A stretch of 63,096 bases of DNA, counting the filler, from Trichomonas gallinae (taxonomy: Eukaryota): assembly GCA_008369845.1 (NCBI GenBank). It is 5 parts of 5 records of this genome, joined end to end, with 100 filler letters (N's around TTAATTAATTAA, not from the genome) between each part and the next. Parts side by side here need not be neighbours in the genome. Positions count along the whole stretch, not along the records: positions 34,136 to 41,706 come from MRSU01001488.1; positions 41,807 to 51,191 come from MRSU01001489.1; 3 more parts are not named here. The stretch is one strand, 5' to 3'. A program made the position numbers and the translations under genes. Shown in pieces: positions 34,136-44,862 of this stretch (positions are counted from its first letter, which is position 1; each line of letters begins with the position of its first letter). A model generated the notes under the pieces. That model was not told the DNA's origin. It worked only from the letters and a program-made list of their open reading frames with translations, and made no database searches.

Positions 34136-36435
34136 TCCCAGTTCTTGATCTGCTCGGCATCGACCTGAGCGTTGCGGTACTGCATGGAGAGAGCCTGTGT
34201 TGGGCAGGATGTGACGCATGTGCCGCAGCCTGTGCAGTCGAGTGGGGAGATCTGGATTCTGAAGTTGAGGCCCTTGAGCTCCTTGCCCTTAGCCTTGAGT
34301 GTGACCATATCCTTGGACTCTTCTGGTGTGAGAAGGAATGGACGGATGACAGCGTGTGGGCAGACCATGGCGCAGGTATTGCACTGAATGCACTTCTTCT
34401 CGTCCCACTTAGGAACATCGACGGCGATACCACGCTTCTCGTACTGTGATGTGCCGTTTGGAACTGTGCCGAGATCGACCATCTCATCGACAGAGATCTC
34501 TTCACCCTCCTGAAGGATTGTCATGTCGCAGATGTGGCGGATGCCTGTGTGCTTTGGAGCCTCTGGGATCTTAGCGTTGAGCCAAGCTTCCTTGTCGTAC
34601 TTGAATTCCTTGAGGCCCTTGAGAGCGTGATCGACCATATCCCAGTTCTTCTGGATGACTTCCTTACCCTTGCGAGCGTACTGCTTAGCAATGGACTTCT
34701 TGAGAAGTGTAAGGCACTCCTCAGCTGGAAGAACGTTAGCGAGGCCGAAGAAGACTGTCTGCATGAGCATGTTGATACGGCCTGGGAGCTTGAGGTCGAT
34801 GGCGATCTGTGTGGCATCGATTGTGTAGAGGTGAGCATCCTTCTGGGCGAGTGACTTGCGGACAGATGGTGGGAGGTCTGTGTTGAGATCAGCTGTAGCT
34901 GGGTAGTTGATGACGAAGATACCACCCTGCTTGAGTGGCTTGAGCATGTCGAACTTCTTGAGGTAAGCTGGGCAGTGGCAAGCGATGTAGTCAGCGTTCT
35001 GGACGTAGTATGGAGCGTTGATTGGCTTGGCACCGAAGCGGACATGGGATGTTGTGACACCTCCGGACTTGTGGGCATCATAAGCGAAGTAAGCCTGGCC
35101 GTAAAGCTGTGTGTTGGAAACGATGAGCTTGATGGCTTCCTTGTTGGCACCGACTGTACCATCGGAACCAAGGCCCCAGAAAATGCACTGGCGTGTGCCT
35201 TCTGGAAGGTGGTCGAATGGCTTGCCGAGTGGGATGGCTGTCTGGTTGTCGAGGACACCGACTGTGAAGTCATCCTTTGGATATTCGTTGTTGAGGTTCT
35301 TGCAGATAGCCTCGACGTGGACTGGAGCGAAGTCGCGGGATGAGATACCGTAGCGGCCACCGATGAGCTTGACATTGCGGCGTCCAGAGAGGGCAGCAGC
35401 GACATCCTCGAAGAGTGGCTCGCGAGCGGATGTTGGGTCGACAATCTTGTCCATGACGGCGATCTTCTTGACGGAGGCTGGGATGGCCTTTACGAACATG
35501 TCAATGCCGAATGGGCGGAAGAGGCGGACCTTGATGAGGCCTGTCTTAGCTTCTGGATGAGCTGTGACGTACTCTTCAACAGAGTCGCAGCCAGAACCAA
35601 GCATGACGATGAGGTTCTCTGGATCCTTTGGACCAACATACTGGTATGGCTTGTACTGGCGGCCGATCCTAGCACCAAGATCGTCCATGACCTTCTCGAC
35701 CTCGATTGGGAGTGTCTTGAATGGGCGGCGGGCCTTTTCCTGGATCTGCCAGACGTATTCTGGGCCACCGATTGTACCACGCTGTGTTGGGTGCTCTGGG
35801 TTAAGAGAGCGAGCGCGGAACTTGGCGAGGGCATGCTGGTCGATGAGTGGCCAAAGGACCTCGTTTGGAATCTCCTCGTATGTGTTGATTTCGTGGGATG
35901 TTCTGAAACCATCGAAGAAGTGCATGAATGGAAGGCCTGTTCTGATGGCTGTGAGGTGAGCGACGGCTGCAAGATCATGGGCTTCCTGGACACCAGCGGA
36001 TGAGAGCATTGGCATGCCGGAGACACGGCAAGCGTAGACATCGGAGTGATCATTATAGATAGAAAGGGCAGAAACACCGACGCAGCGGGAAGCTATGTGG
36101 ATAACTGCTGGGCACATTTCACCAGCGATCTTGAACATTTCTGGGATCATAAGGAGGGCACCCTGTGAGGCTGTGAATGTTGTGCAGAGAGCACCGACAA
36201 CAGCGGCACCGTGGACAGCAGCAGCGACACCACCTTCGGACTGAAGCATGGAAAGGTTGACGAGGTTGCCCCAGATGTTCTTACGACCCTGGGCGATCCA
36301 AGCATCAACTAATTCACCCATTGTTGTAGCTGGGGTGATTGGGTAGATGAATGATGTTTCAGTGAGGCGATAGGCAACGGAGGTGCAAGCTGTGTTACCA
36401 TCTCCTGGAGTTCTCTTACCGAAATTACGAAGCAT
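34136..36435 (-). CDS. PFOR: Hydrogenosomal pyruvate:ferredoxin oxidoreductase, 3'-truncated by gap
   Basis: DGNTA, YPITP, MLQSEGG, TTFTASQG, FFDGFRTSHE, GGRYG, GLGSDGTVGANK, YEKRGIA and two 4Fe-4S motifs (CIQCNTCAMVCP, CTGCGTCVTSCP). Short leader MLRNF. Strong C-ending codon bias typical of high expression. Confidence 0.98.
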
Positions 36436-36445
36436 TACTTAGAAA

Positions 36446-36457
36446 AAAGTGATGTGA
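36446..36457 (-). promoter_or_regulatory. Tandem initiator (Inr) elements of PFOR
   Basis: TCACATCACTTT on the minus strand, ending 10 nt before the ATG; fits the trichomonad Inr TCA(C/T)(T/A). Confidence 0.75.
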
Positions 36458-37364
36458 ACTACTTGATAGCGGGGCGGTTTTCATTTGAATATTTATACCA
36501 TCATTGCACATAAATAATTACTTCTCCATATGATATCCATTGTATCAATTGTTTACCTGTAAAGGTCTCAAAATCTACAATAAACCTCCATTTTATATTA
36601 ATTTGCTAATCTATGAATTTAAATATTGATATTGCGATTAACAAGATGTTTCGTAACAACTATAATACAATGGTTTTTCAAAACGATACAATCGTTTTTA
36701 TCAATTTTATTTGTAACAAAAATTATCGTTCCCTCAGAAAATTTGAAAAATCAAAATCGTTCGCTCTCAATTTTTGAACCAATATTGATCGTTTTCATTT
36801 ATTTTTGATGAAGGATAACTCGTTGTCAAAATAAACAATGATTTGGGATAAATATTTACCTTCACTTGTTCTATCTTTTACCAAAATATTAGGTCTTTCT
36901 CTGACCTATTTTAGTAACGATGAGGAATGTGGTGAAAGCGTGCGGCCATTCCGTACAAAATATTAATCAGGGGCCAGAAATGACTAATCTGTGAAAGTTA
37001 TGAGGTTTTACCTTTCACTTTGCCAAGGAATAATCATATCAATGAAAGCCTTGGGTTTATACAAGCAATAGAGCGTAATTTTAGCACAATGAAATCAGGG
37101 TTCACGATTAAAAAACAAAAAACGTGGATTTTTTATTGAAATAATTTTTATATGGAATAATGATACTTGAGAAGATTCTTAAATGAAAGAAGAAGGATCA
37201 AGTAATAATTTTGCGTGATGATAAAAGTAAAAAGCTGTTATTATATTTTTTTTGATTTTATTCCAACGATAAGATCATTAGAGAATTGATGATTGCGTTT
37301 AACAGCATCTGTACAACGCTGTAATGCCACTCTTTCAAGCTCTTTTCGAATTCCAAGATTATCG

Positions 37365-37509
37365 AAAAGTGACAAATAATATAATGTCACTTTCTATAAA
37401 ATCATTCTTCACTTTTGGGTAAAAATCGACACTTTTAATAAATTGGCACTTTTAGTAAAACATGACACTTTTAATATATTGTCACTTTTAGGAAATAGTT
37501 GTCACTTTT
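37365..37509 (+). promoter_or_regulatory. Periodic array of CACTTT (Inr-like / reverse AAAGTGAC) elements upstream of the TBL1-like gene
   Basis: CACTTT at 37388, 37410, 37430, 37447, 37466, 37483 and 37503, plus an inverted AAAAGTGAC at 37365. Confidence 0.55.
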
Positions 37510-37522
37510 CTTAAAAAAACAA

Positions 37523-38914
37523 ATGTGTGTATCTAGTGAGGAAATTAACTTGCTTGTGCAACACTATCTTCAAGAGTTGGGCTATGATCACGCAGCATTC
37601 GCTTTTGGCTGTGAATCAAAGATTCCAAGCAAAGAAATCGCAAAAAAAGAAATTCCTCCAGGATCTTTAGTTTATTTAGTACAAAAAGGTATAATGTACG
37701 CCCAAATGGAAGCTGCAGCTGATGAAGCAAGTTCAAATCCAGATACTTTATTCGGTCATCAATTAAATTTATTACGTTCGAATATCCGCCAAAGTTCTGA
37801 AATTGCTGAAGAATTAAGCTCTGCAACAAGGAGATTGAGAATTTTACCATCATCAGATCAAACAGATCCGTTAGAATTCTATTTATCTCAACAATCTTCG
37901 TTAGTTCTTGAAGGCCATGCAGGCCCAGTCATTGTTTCCGCGTGGAATAGCAACAGTGACTTGCTTGCAACAGGCTCTACAGATGGATCAGTTGTTGTTT
38001 GGACATTTAAGAGATCAGAAGTCCAAGATTCAACAGATTGCTCAGTTTTAGATGATCCTCTCTTACTTGAACCGGTTACAGATTCGCAGTTGAAATCAGA
38101 CATCACAGCACTGAAATGGTCGCCAACAGAAAATATTTTAGTTGTTGGAACATATTGCGGCACAGTTGCTGCATATAAGGATGGAAAAGAGTTTGTTCCA
38201 CCAACAACACATACATCGCCTGTCGTCAGCATCGATTTCACGCCAAATGGGCAGAAATTTGCAGTCGGCCACGCAGATGGTGGTGTTTATATATACCAGG
38301 GCACTTCTTTCACGCCACATAGCATTGAAGCAGGAATATTCGATGTCCAGTGGGCTGATGATTCAAACCTATTAATCGCAACAGGAAATAAAATTATTAA
38401 AATTGGAGCAGACGGAGAAAAAAGCACATTCCTCGATAACGCAGAGCCTATAATACAGATGATTGTTTCGCCAAAGCAGGAGGTTGTCGTTGCAGGAGAT
38501 CAAGTTGGAAATATTCATTTGATGAAGACAAACGGCACTGCAATAAGAACAGATAAGTCCCATTCAGGCAGTGTCACAGCTATTACATTTAACTCGGAAG
38601 AAGGAAAATACACATCAGGTGCAATCGATGGATCAATCGAAATCGGAAGCATCAACGGAGAGACAAAGATTTCATACAAGGATGCTCATGCACCAATTAT
38701 TTCATTAGTTTTTGACAAAGAAAACAGATATTTCGCATTTGCTTCATCGAATGATATTATTGGCCTTTATTCTGTTGAAGAAAGCAAGCTTCTTCTTACA
38801 TTCGAGAGTATCGAGTCAATAAACGGAATGTCTTGGTCACCTGATGGAAGGTTCTTGACAATTTGCATTTCCAACGGCCAAGTTAATGTAATAGATTTCG
38901 CTCAGATTTGTTAA
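37523..38914 (+). CDS. TBL1/TBLR1 (Sif2/Ebi)-like LisH and WD40 corepressor subunit
   Basis: ATG 37523: MCVSSEEINLLVQHYLQELGYDHAAFAFGCES...IPPGSLVYLVQKGIMYAQME matches the TBL1 LisH N-terminus; followed by WD40 repeats (LEGHAGPV...AWN...LATGSTDG). Confidence 0.88.
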   Translation: MCVSSEEINLLVQHYLQELGYDHAAFAFGCESKIPSKEIAKKEIPPGSLVYLVQKGIMYAQMEAAADEASSNPDTLFGHQLNLLRSNIRQSSEIAEELSSATRRLRILPSSDQTDPLEFYLSQQSSLVLEGHAGPVIVSAWNSNSDLLATGSTDGSVVVWTFKRSEVQDSTDCSVLDDPLLLEPVTDSQLKSDITALKWSPTENILVVGTYCGTVAAYKDGKEFVPPTTHTSPVVSIDFTPNGQKFAVGHADGGVYIYQGTSFTPHSIEAGIFDVQWADDSNLLIATGNKIIKIGADGEKSTFLDNAEPIIQMIVSPKQEVVVAGDQVGNIHLMKTNGTAIRTDKSHSGSVTAITFNSEEGKYTSGAIDGSIEIGSINGETKISYKDAHAPIISLVFDKENRYFAFASSNDIIGLYSVEESKLLLTFESIESINGMSWSPDGRFLTICISNGQVNVIDFAQIC

Positions 38915-39366
38915 CTATTTCTTTCTTTTTTATAAATGTAGATTATTGATATTTTCTAATTAATAATTTGTGTTTTTTTTTCAAGAATATTTATATTGGT
39001 CAAAATATCTTATGAGATTCATGAATTTACGTCTATTCTAGATATTGAGATTTATAAGGAGCTTGACAACATCATGATGATCATTATCATTTGTATTGAT
39101 ATCTATTCCAGAAATCGTGACTAATTCATGTTGACCATTATGTGAAGCATTCTATAAGGCCGTTTCTTCAATTTTTTTTTGGTTTATTTCGAGATTGAGA
39201 GTCTTCGAAGCTTCTATTGAAAGAAAATTGCCGAGATCGAGAGAAGTCGTCATTTTTATTGATTCATTCTGCAGGTAAAATTACATCGAAAATGGAATTA
39301 ATTTTGAAACGTAAATTGTAATTTCTGACACGTAAAATGCTGTAACAAAATTTTAGTCAAAAATTC

Positions 39367-41535
39367 ATGCTCGCTTATCAGAAGCAAATCTGGGACACTT
39401 TACTAGAGAAAGAGAGTGGCCTGGTGATTTGCGGCAAGGGCATGGATACTATGGAAATCGTGAAACAGCTTGTTGTTAAATATTCACAAGAAAGCCAGTT
39501 TGTTTTCGTTTTTGGATGCTCAGAGCATGCGAAATACAAGATAATCTGGGAATGCGCTGACTGTGGAATCGAATTTTTGCCGAAAGACATCGAAAAAGCT
39601 ACAGGAAAGAAAGAGAGAGATCAAGCATATTCAGCAAGCAATGTTTACTTCCACAATCCAGGAATTCTCGCTAAAGACTTCCTGCTAAATGCTATAGACC
39701 CGTTAAACATCAAAGGTTTCATTATATATAATGCAGAATCAGTTTCAAAAGATCCAGGACTTCAAACATCCATTGCTTACTATAAATCTAAGAATCCTAA
39801 TGGATTTATTAAGGCCTTTTCAGAGCGCCCGGCCGAATTTCTCGATTTATCACAAATGATGGATTTATTATGGATCCGCTTTGTTTACTTTTCGCCAAGA
39901 TTCGAAGAAACAGTCAAATCGTCGATAAATACATGCAAAATACAGATAGTACACATTTCAATTCATCCCGAAAAATTATCGCCGAAAAGAAAACAATCTG
40001 GCAAATTCTTACCGGCCATTAGCCACGAATTTGCACTCACTTTCGATTACCTCTCAGCACTACACAAGTCATTCATTGGAGAATATGGTTCTTCGCTGAA
40101 TGTAAATGTTATCGAATCTTTGACTTTGCCTAGAAAGATTTTAGAGCAGAGGTGCACAACAGATAGTCACCAGGAAATATTATCCAGCATGATTTTCTTT
40201 AGAAACGCTTTCTTTTGCTTATTACATCATCCACCTTCGATTTATTACGAGTTCCTTGATTCTCATCGTCCAAACCCGCTTAATCCACAATTATGGTCCC
40301 AGTTTCCCGAAGTTGCTCCATTTTTCGAAGCATCGAGAAAATATCAAACAGATTCTCTTCCTTCGCCTAAACTGCAGTGCATTATGGACATTTTAGAGAA
40401 GCTACCGAAAGACAAAAGAGTCCTGATACTCGCAGAAGGAACAGTGACAGTTGCAATGATTGCCGAATATTTGTCAAGTTTCGTGCCAAACACAGACTCA
40501 AAGAATTTATCAGAGCCACTCAAGCTGCTGACGGAAGACGATGAGGAGCCGCTAATAGACGCAGAGGTATTCGGAGTAATGAGCGCACCAATAATTATGC
40601 TGCAGGAAATGCACGCTCAAGCTGACGTTTTCGAAACATTTGAGCCAGATTTCGTAATATTCTGGGATGTTACTTTATTGGCTGTGAGAAGACTTGAAGT
40701 CTACAACACGAGAGCGGGCAAGACAATCACTGGCTACAGTCTCGCTTATGACGAAGCGAGTGAAATGGCTGCACTGGAGGCTTCAGTTGAAAGCGAAAAT
40801 ACAGTTTTTACGAAACTAATCGAAAAACTAACAACAATTTCGAAGTCACCTTTAGAACCTTTTGCAAAAACAGACAGAAAAATCGTTGTCGATGACAGAG
40901 AGTTTAGGTCATCTATGCCACTGGCTTTGCTAAAAGTCGGTTTCACTGTCACTCCTTCTGTTATTGCTGTTGGCGATTATGTGCTGACGAAGGATATTGT
41001 TGTCGAAAGAAAAGCATATAACGATTTAGTACAAAGCTTAAAAAGTGGCAGATTACTACAGCAAATACAAAGGATGCATAACTTTTATAAGTCTCCGATG
41101 TTGATGCTGGAATTTGGCGACGTTGATAATTTTAATGCTATATCAGAAACAAGCAAGAATGCAGCAGTTATGGCAAAGCTAACAACAATAATTCGCGTTT
41201 TCCCAAACTTAAGACTGATCTGGGGAAGAAATGCAAATGAATGCGCGAGAACATTATTATTATTGTCTCGCGGAAAAGAGCAACCTTCACTTGAAGCAGC
41301 ACAGGACATGTCTGGCGATGGAAGCTACAATGATGACTCTAGGGCTGTTAGATTCTTGACTGTTATTCCGTTTTTGACTAGAGATCACGTCAACATATTA
41401 TGCAGGAGATGCAAAAATATTAGACAGATTCTTTCGATACCGAAAGACGAAATGATGACTTTGCTTGGCGGACAAATAGGAATCAAACTATTCTCACTAC
41501 TCCATTCACAAGCAAAACAAGCCATCAAGTTATAG
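39367..41535 (+). CDS. XPF: DNA-repair endonuclease XPF/ERCC4 (Rad1)
   Basis: MLAYQKQI start, GFIKAFSE, PRFE and VRRLEVY in the helicase-like region; nuclease IVVDDREFRSSMP, VGDYVLT and VERKAYNDLVQSLKSGRL; C-terminal HhH-like region. Confidence 0.93.
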   Translation: MLAYQKQIWDTLLEKESGLVICGKGMDTMEIVKQLVVKYSQESQFVFVFGCSEHAKYKIIWECADCGIEFLPKDIEKATGKKERDQAYSASNVYFHNPGILAKDFLLNAIDPLNIKGFIIYNAESVSKDPGLQTSIAYYKSKNPNGFIKAFSERPAEFLDLSQMMDLLWIRFVYFSPRFEETVKSSINTCKIQIVHISIHPEKLSPKRKQSGKFLPAISHEFALTFDYLSALHKSFIGEYGSSLNVNVIESLTLPRKILEQRCTTDSHQEILSSMIFFRNAFFCLLHHPPSIYYEFLDSHRPNPLNPQLWSQFPEVAPFFEASRKYQTDSLPSPKLQCIMDILEKLPKDKRVLILAEGTVTVAMIAEYLSSFVPNTDSKNLSEPLKLLTEDDEEPLIDAEVFGVMSAPIIMLQEMHAQADVFETFEPDFVIFWDVTLLAVRRLEVYNTRAGKTITGYSLAYDEASEMAALEASVESENTVFTKLIEKLTTISKSPLEPFAKTDRKIVVDDREFRSSMPLALLKVGFTVTPSVIAVGDYVLTKDIVVERKAYNDLVQSLKSGRLLQQIQRMHNFYKSPMLMLEFGDVDNFNAISETSKNAAVMAKLTTIIRVFPNLRLIWGRNANECARTLLLLSRGKEQPSLEAAQDMSGDGSYNDDSRAVRFLTVIPFLTRDHVNILCRRCKNIRQILSIPKDEMMTLLGGQIGIKLFSLLHSQAKQAIKL

Positions 41536-41706
41536 AAATACTATATATATTGTTTGTAAAACTTTAATTTATATGATATTTTTTAAAAAATAATTAAACC
41601 ATTGAATATTCATATAATTTAATAAGTAATTATAGATGTCTATCGTCCTCGCTATCGTCGTCCTCATTGGAATTCAAATCGCTAATACATATGAATATAT
41701 TAGTAT

Positions 41707-41806
41707 NNNNNNNNNNNNNNNNNNNNNNNNNNNNNNNNNNNNNNNNNNNNTTAATTAATTAANNNNNNNNNNNNNNNNNNNNNNNNNNNNNNNNNNNNNN
41801 NNNNNN
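41707..41806. other. Assembly gap with artificial linker
   Basis: N44-TTAATTAATTAA-N44. Confidence 0.99.
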
Positions 41807-42565
41807 TGAAATTTTACGCATAGCAAAAAAAAAAAAAAAAAAAAAAAAAAATCAAAATTCATAAATTTGCATAACAAGCCGAAAACAAGCAATTATTTCT
41901 TCTAATTTATAGGTTAAGTACCATAACTAGCTTTGCATACAAATACAGTATTTAGATTAAAATACCTCAATGTATTGGTGAAATGCCCGTTAAAAATCCG
42001 AATTTTGTTGATTTTTTTCTCGGTGAAAAACTTCAATGTCAAAGTCACATATTAGGAATCTTGCATATAACTCACATATAGTATTATATAAAAGACTATA
42101 TTTAGTATGTATATGCTGTATTTTGGATGCAATTTTTCAAATATGAATTTCTAAGCAAAAGAAATATCAAATGATGAGTAAAATTCCATATTTTTATGAG
42201 AAAAAAAATTTGATTAAAAATTGTTTCGTTTCAAATTGGCGAACAATAAAGAATAAAACATTCTAATATTAATATAATAAAACTTCAGGTGATACTCTAT
42301 AATTAAATGTATGTACGCAAGGTGTAACTAATTCGTGTCAAAAAATAAAGGGGATGTCTCACAACCTATTGCCCATGATTTCTTATGGTTTGCGTATGTG
42401 ACAGCCTTGCACGAGTTTGTGATGACGACAACTGGCTTGAATTTCTTCATCAAACTTCGTTATATATAAAAAGAAAAAGAAAAACAAAACATTTAATAAT
42501 AAATATAAAATCTCTCTATAAATTATATATAGCGTTCATCCGCTTGTTCTAAATTCAATAATAAA

Positions 42566-44167
42566 TTATTGCTTGGTTTCTGTTGCTGTGGACTGGTTAT
42601 TTGTAAGGAATGTTCCATTGTCTCCAAGATGAAGTGTTAATGTATCTTTGATTATGCTACCAAGTGAATTCTTCTCAGTTGGCTGATTGTCCTTTTTGAC
42701 TTGTTCTTCGTCAGGTTCGTTATCATTATTATCATCGAATGCTATTGATGTTGTGTTCTCTGCTTTTGGAGGCTCTTCTTCTGTCTTCTGCTGCTTTTCA
42801 TGCTTCTCTTCAGTCATCTCTGTGTCTTTGACGCCATTTTCTTCAAGTTTCTTCTCTTCTTCCGCCTTTTGAAGAGTGTCTTTAATGATATTTCCGAAAA
42901 GTGGCTTGTCTGCTTGTTTTTGTTCGTTTTCGTCATTGTTGTAACCTTCTAAGTTCTCATCTTCATCCTTTTTAGCTTTTTCGTCTATTTGATTTTCGTT
43001 ATTTGGATTTTCTTCTGCTTTTTCACTGCTTTTGTCTTTAGAATCTGATTTTTCGTTGCTTTGCTCTGGATTTTCAGGTGTTACTTCAAATGCAGCTTCA
43101 AGAACGTTCTTTATTGTTCCATCGAGTGTGTTTTCTTCATCGAAGCCTTTTGTGACGGGAATTGAGCTTTCGTTTAGCTTCTGTTCGTTATTTGAAGTGA
43201 TCTCTGATGTTTCGTATTGCTGCTCTTCTTCTTCGTGTTGATTTTCATCTCTTGCATCAGCAGTTTCATCTATTGCTTGTTCCTCTTCATTGTGATTCTC
43301 TTCTTCCTCGAAATTCTGAATTTCAGCAATTTGTTCCTCTTCTTCATACGTTCCGTTCTGCTGGTGCATTATAACTATCTGTTCTCTGATTCTCTTCCTT
43401 TGCTGCTTCATTGCTTTTTCTAACTCCTTCACCATCTGATTTTCTTCATCTTCGATTTGAGCAATTTCGTCTTTGAGGGTCTTGATTTCCTCCCTTGTCT
43501 GTTCTATCTCTTGTTGGACTTCTTTTTCAGAAGATTTAAGCTTATTCGGATGTTGAGATAAATAAATCGCGAGATTATCGTTTCTGATGCGTAATTCCGA
43601 GCTTTTGTATGACACAATCTTGTCAACGACAGTCCTGAAGTCTGATTCGAGGTTTTGGATCGCTTTGAAATTTAACGACTTTTCTGAAAGTTCGCGTTGG
43701 AGCCTTTGAAGTTCAGTTCTAACAATCTTTTCACCATCTGCAACGGCTTTTGATTGTTTTTTGAGTCTTTCGTGCTCTAAATAGTAAATTTTGATTTCTT
43801 GTTGTAATTCGTCTGACAATGCGATTTTATCATTGTATAATATATCATGAAGATCTTTCCTGCGTGCTTCTAGGGTATTTTCAAGAGACGTAGCGTTCTT
43901 TCTAAGTTGTTCTAATGTTTCTTTGCTTGCTGTCTTTAATGAGTTCTTTTCGTTAGCTTCTTTGAAAACTAAAGCGATTTCTGCATTTCTTTCTTGAAGA
44001 ATTTGTTTCATTCTCTGTGTTTTTGATTTCATTTGTCGCTTATCTAAATCCATCTTCTGGATTTTAAGCTTTAATTTCTGAACATCGCTCATCTTGACAG
44101 CAGATGCACCAGATTTCGGCCTGCTGATGTTTGGAAGGGCTGTGCTTGGCCTCTTCGATGAACTCAT
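42566..44167 (-). CDS. Hypothetical protein with coiled-coil N-half and acidic low-complexity C-half
   Basis: 533-aa ORF; heptad-rich K/E/Q N-half and E/N-rich tail. Confidence 0.8.
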   Translation of the reverse strand: MSSSKRPSTALPNISRPKSGASAVKMSDVQKLKLKIQKMDLDKRQMKSKTQRMKQILQERNAEIALVFKEANEKNSLKTASKETLEQLRKNATSLENTLEARRKDLHDILYNDKIALSDELQQEIKIYYLEHERLKKQSKAVADGEKIVRTELQRLQRELSEKSLNFKAIQNLESDFRTVVDKIVSYKSSELRIRNDNLAIYLSQHPNKLKSSEKEVQQEIEQTREEIKTLKDEIAQIEDEENQMVKELEKAMKQQRKRIREQIVIMHQQNGTYEEEEQIAEIQNFEEEENHNEEEQAIDETADARDENQHEEEEQQYETSEITSNNEQKLNESSIPVTKGFDEENTLDGTIKNVLEAAFEVTPENPEQSNEKSDSKDKSSEKAEENPNNENQIDEKAKKDEDENLEGYNNDENEQKQADKPLFGNIIKDTLQKAEEEKKLEENGVKDTEMTEEKHEKQQKTEEEPPKAENTTSIAFDDNNDNEPDEEQVKKDNQPTEKNSLGSIIKDTLTLHLGDNGTFLTNNQSTATETKQ

Positions 44168-44215
44168 AAAATTTTGATTAAAACGTTAAAAAAGTGTCAA
44201 CGATGAAATTTTGTT

Positions 44216-44679
44216 TGACAAATAAACAACTTTACATTACAAAATTAAATATGACGAGTAAATTATTTTATTTGTCAAATATGATGTCTGACAAATAAAC
44301 ATCTTTATATGACAAATATTTGTTCATACTTTGTATAACATACTCAGCTCTTTTAATTAATATCAATGAATTACTATAGATTTGATGGAAAGATAATTGT
44401 GGTTGCAAAAGCATAATTGCAAGATTTCAAAATATCAATAAAAAAATCATACAGTATTATATGGGAACTCACATATCTTCTATGCGATTATGAATTATTA
44501 ATATTGCACTCGGAGTTTCAATTCTATCACATGTAAATCAAATCTCATATATCTTAAAAATCATTATTTTTATTCATGGAGCTGATCATTCAATTTGTAA
44601 TGATACAAAGCCATTGTTACCGCAATTCTAATGCTCTGAAATAATTCTCCAATTTCTGAGCAATATTTGACAAATAAAC
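44216..44679. promoter_or_regulatory. Cluster of TGACAAATAAAC motifs in a divergent intergenic region
   Basis: Exact copies at 44216, 44289 and 44668; inverted TTTATTTGTCA at 44267; partial TGACAAATA at 44310. Confidence 0.5.
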
Positions 44680-44862
44680 TAATTTATTCGGCATAATTTC
44701 CAAAATAATAGTAGCTACATTGAATCAAAAAATTGAGACTATATAAAATTTAATTATAATTCTCATATTTTTGGGAAGAATTAATTTTTGGAAATTTTGA
44801 CATGTAAAGCAGTTGCTAAAAACGTGACAATCAAATCAGATTGATGAAAAGTGACACAAAAT

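Noticed and set aside
34080..36077. Long alternative-frame and antisense ORFs inside PFOR
   Set aside because: By-product of strong codon bias and higher GC; the same applies to ORFs overlapping RPL27A and RPL18.
37386..37509. CRISPR-like repeat and spacer appearance
   Set aside because: Core is only 6-9 bp, the context is eukaryotic and there are no cas genes.
41641..41659. Two TATCGTC (MRE-2f-like) copies
   Set aside because: Downstream of XPF at a contig end, with no visible gene to regulate.
41825..41851. A27 tract next to a gap as a retroelement tail
   Set aside because: No element body or target-site duplication visible; low-quality contig end is as likely.
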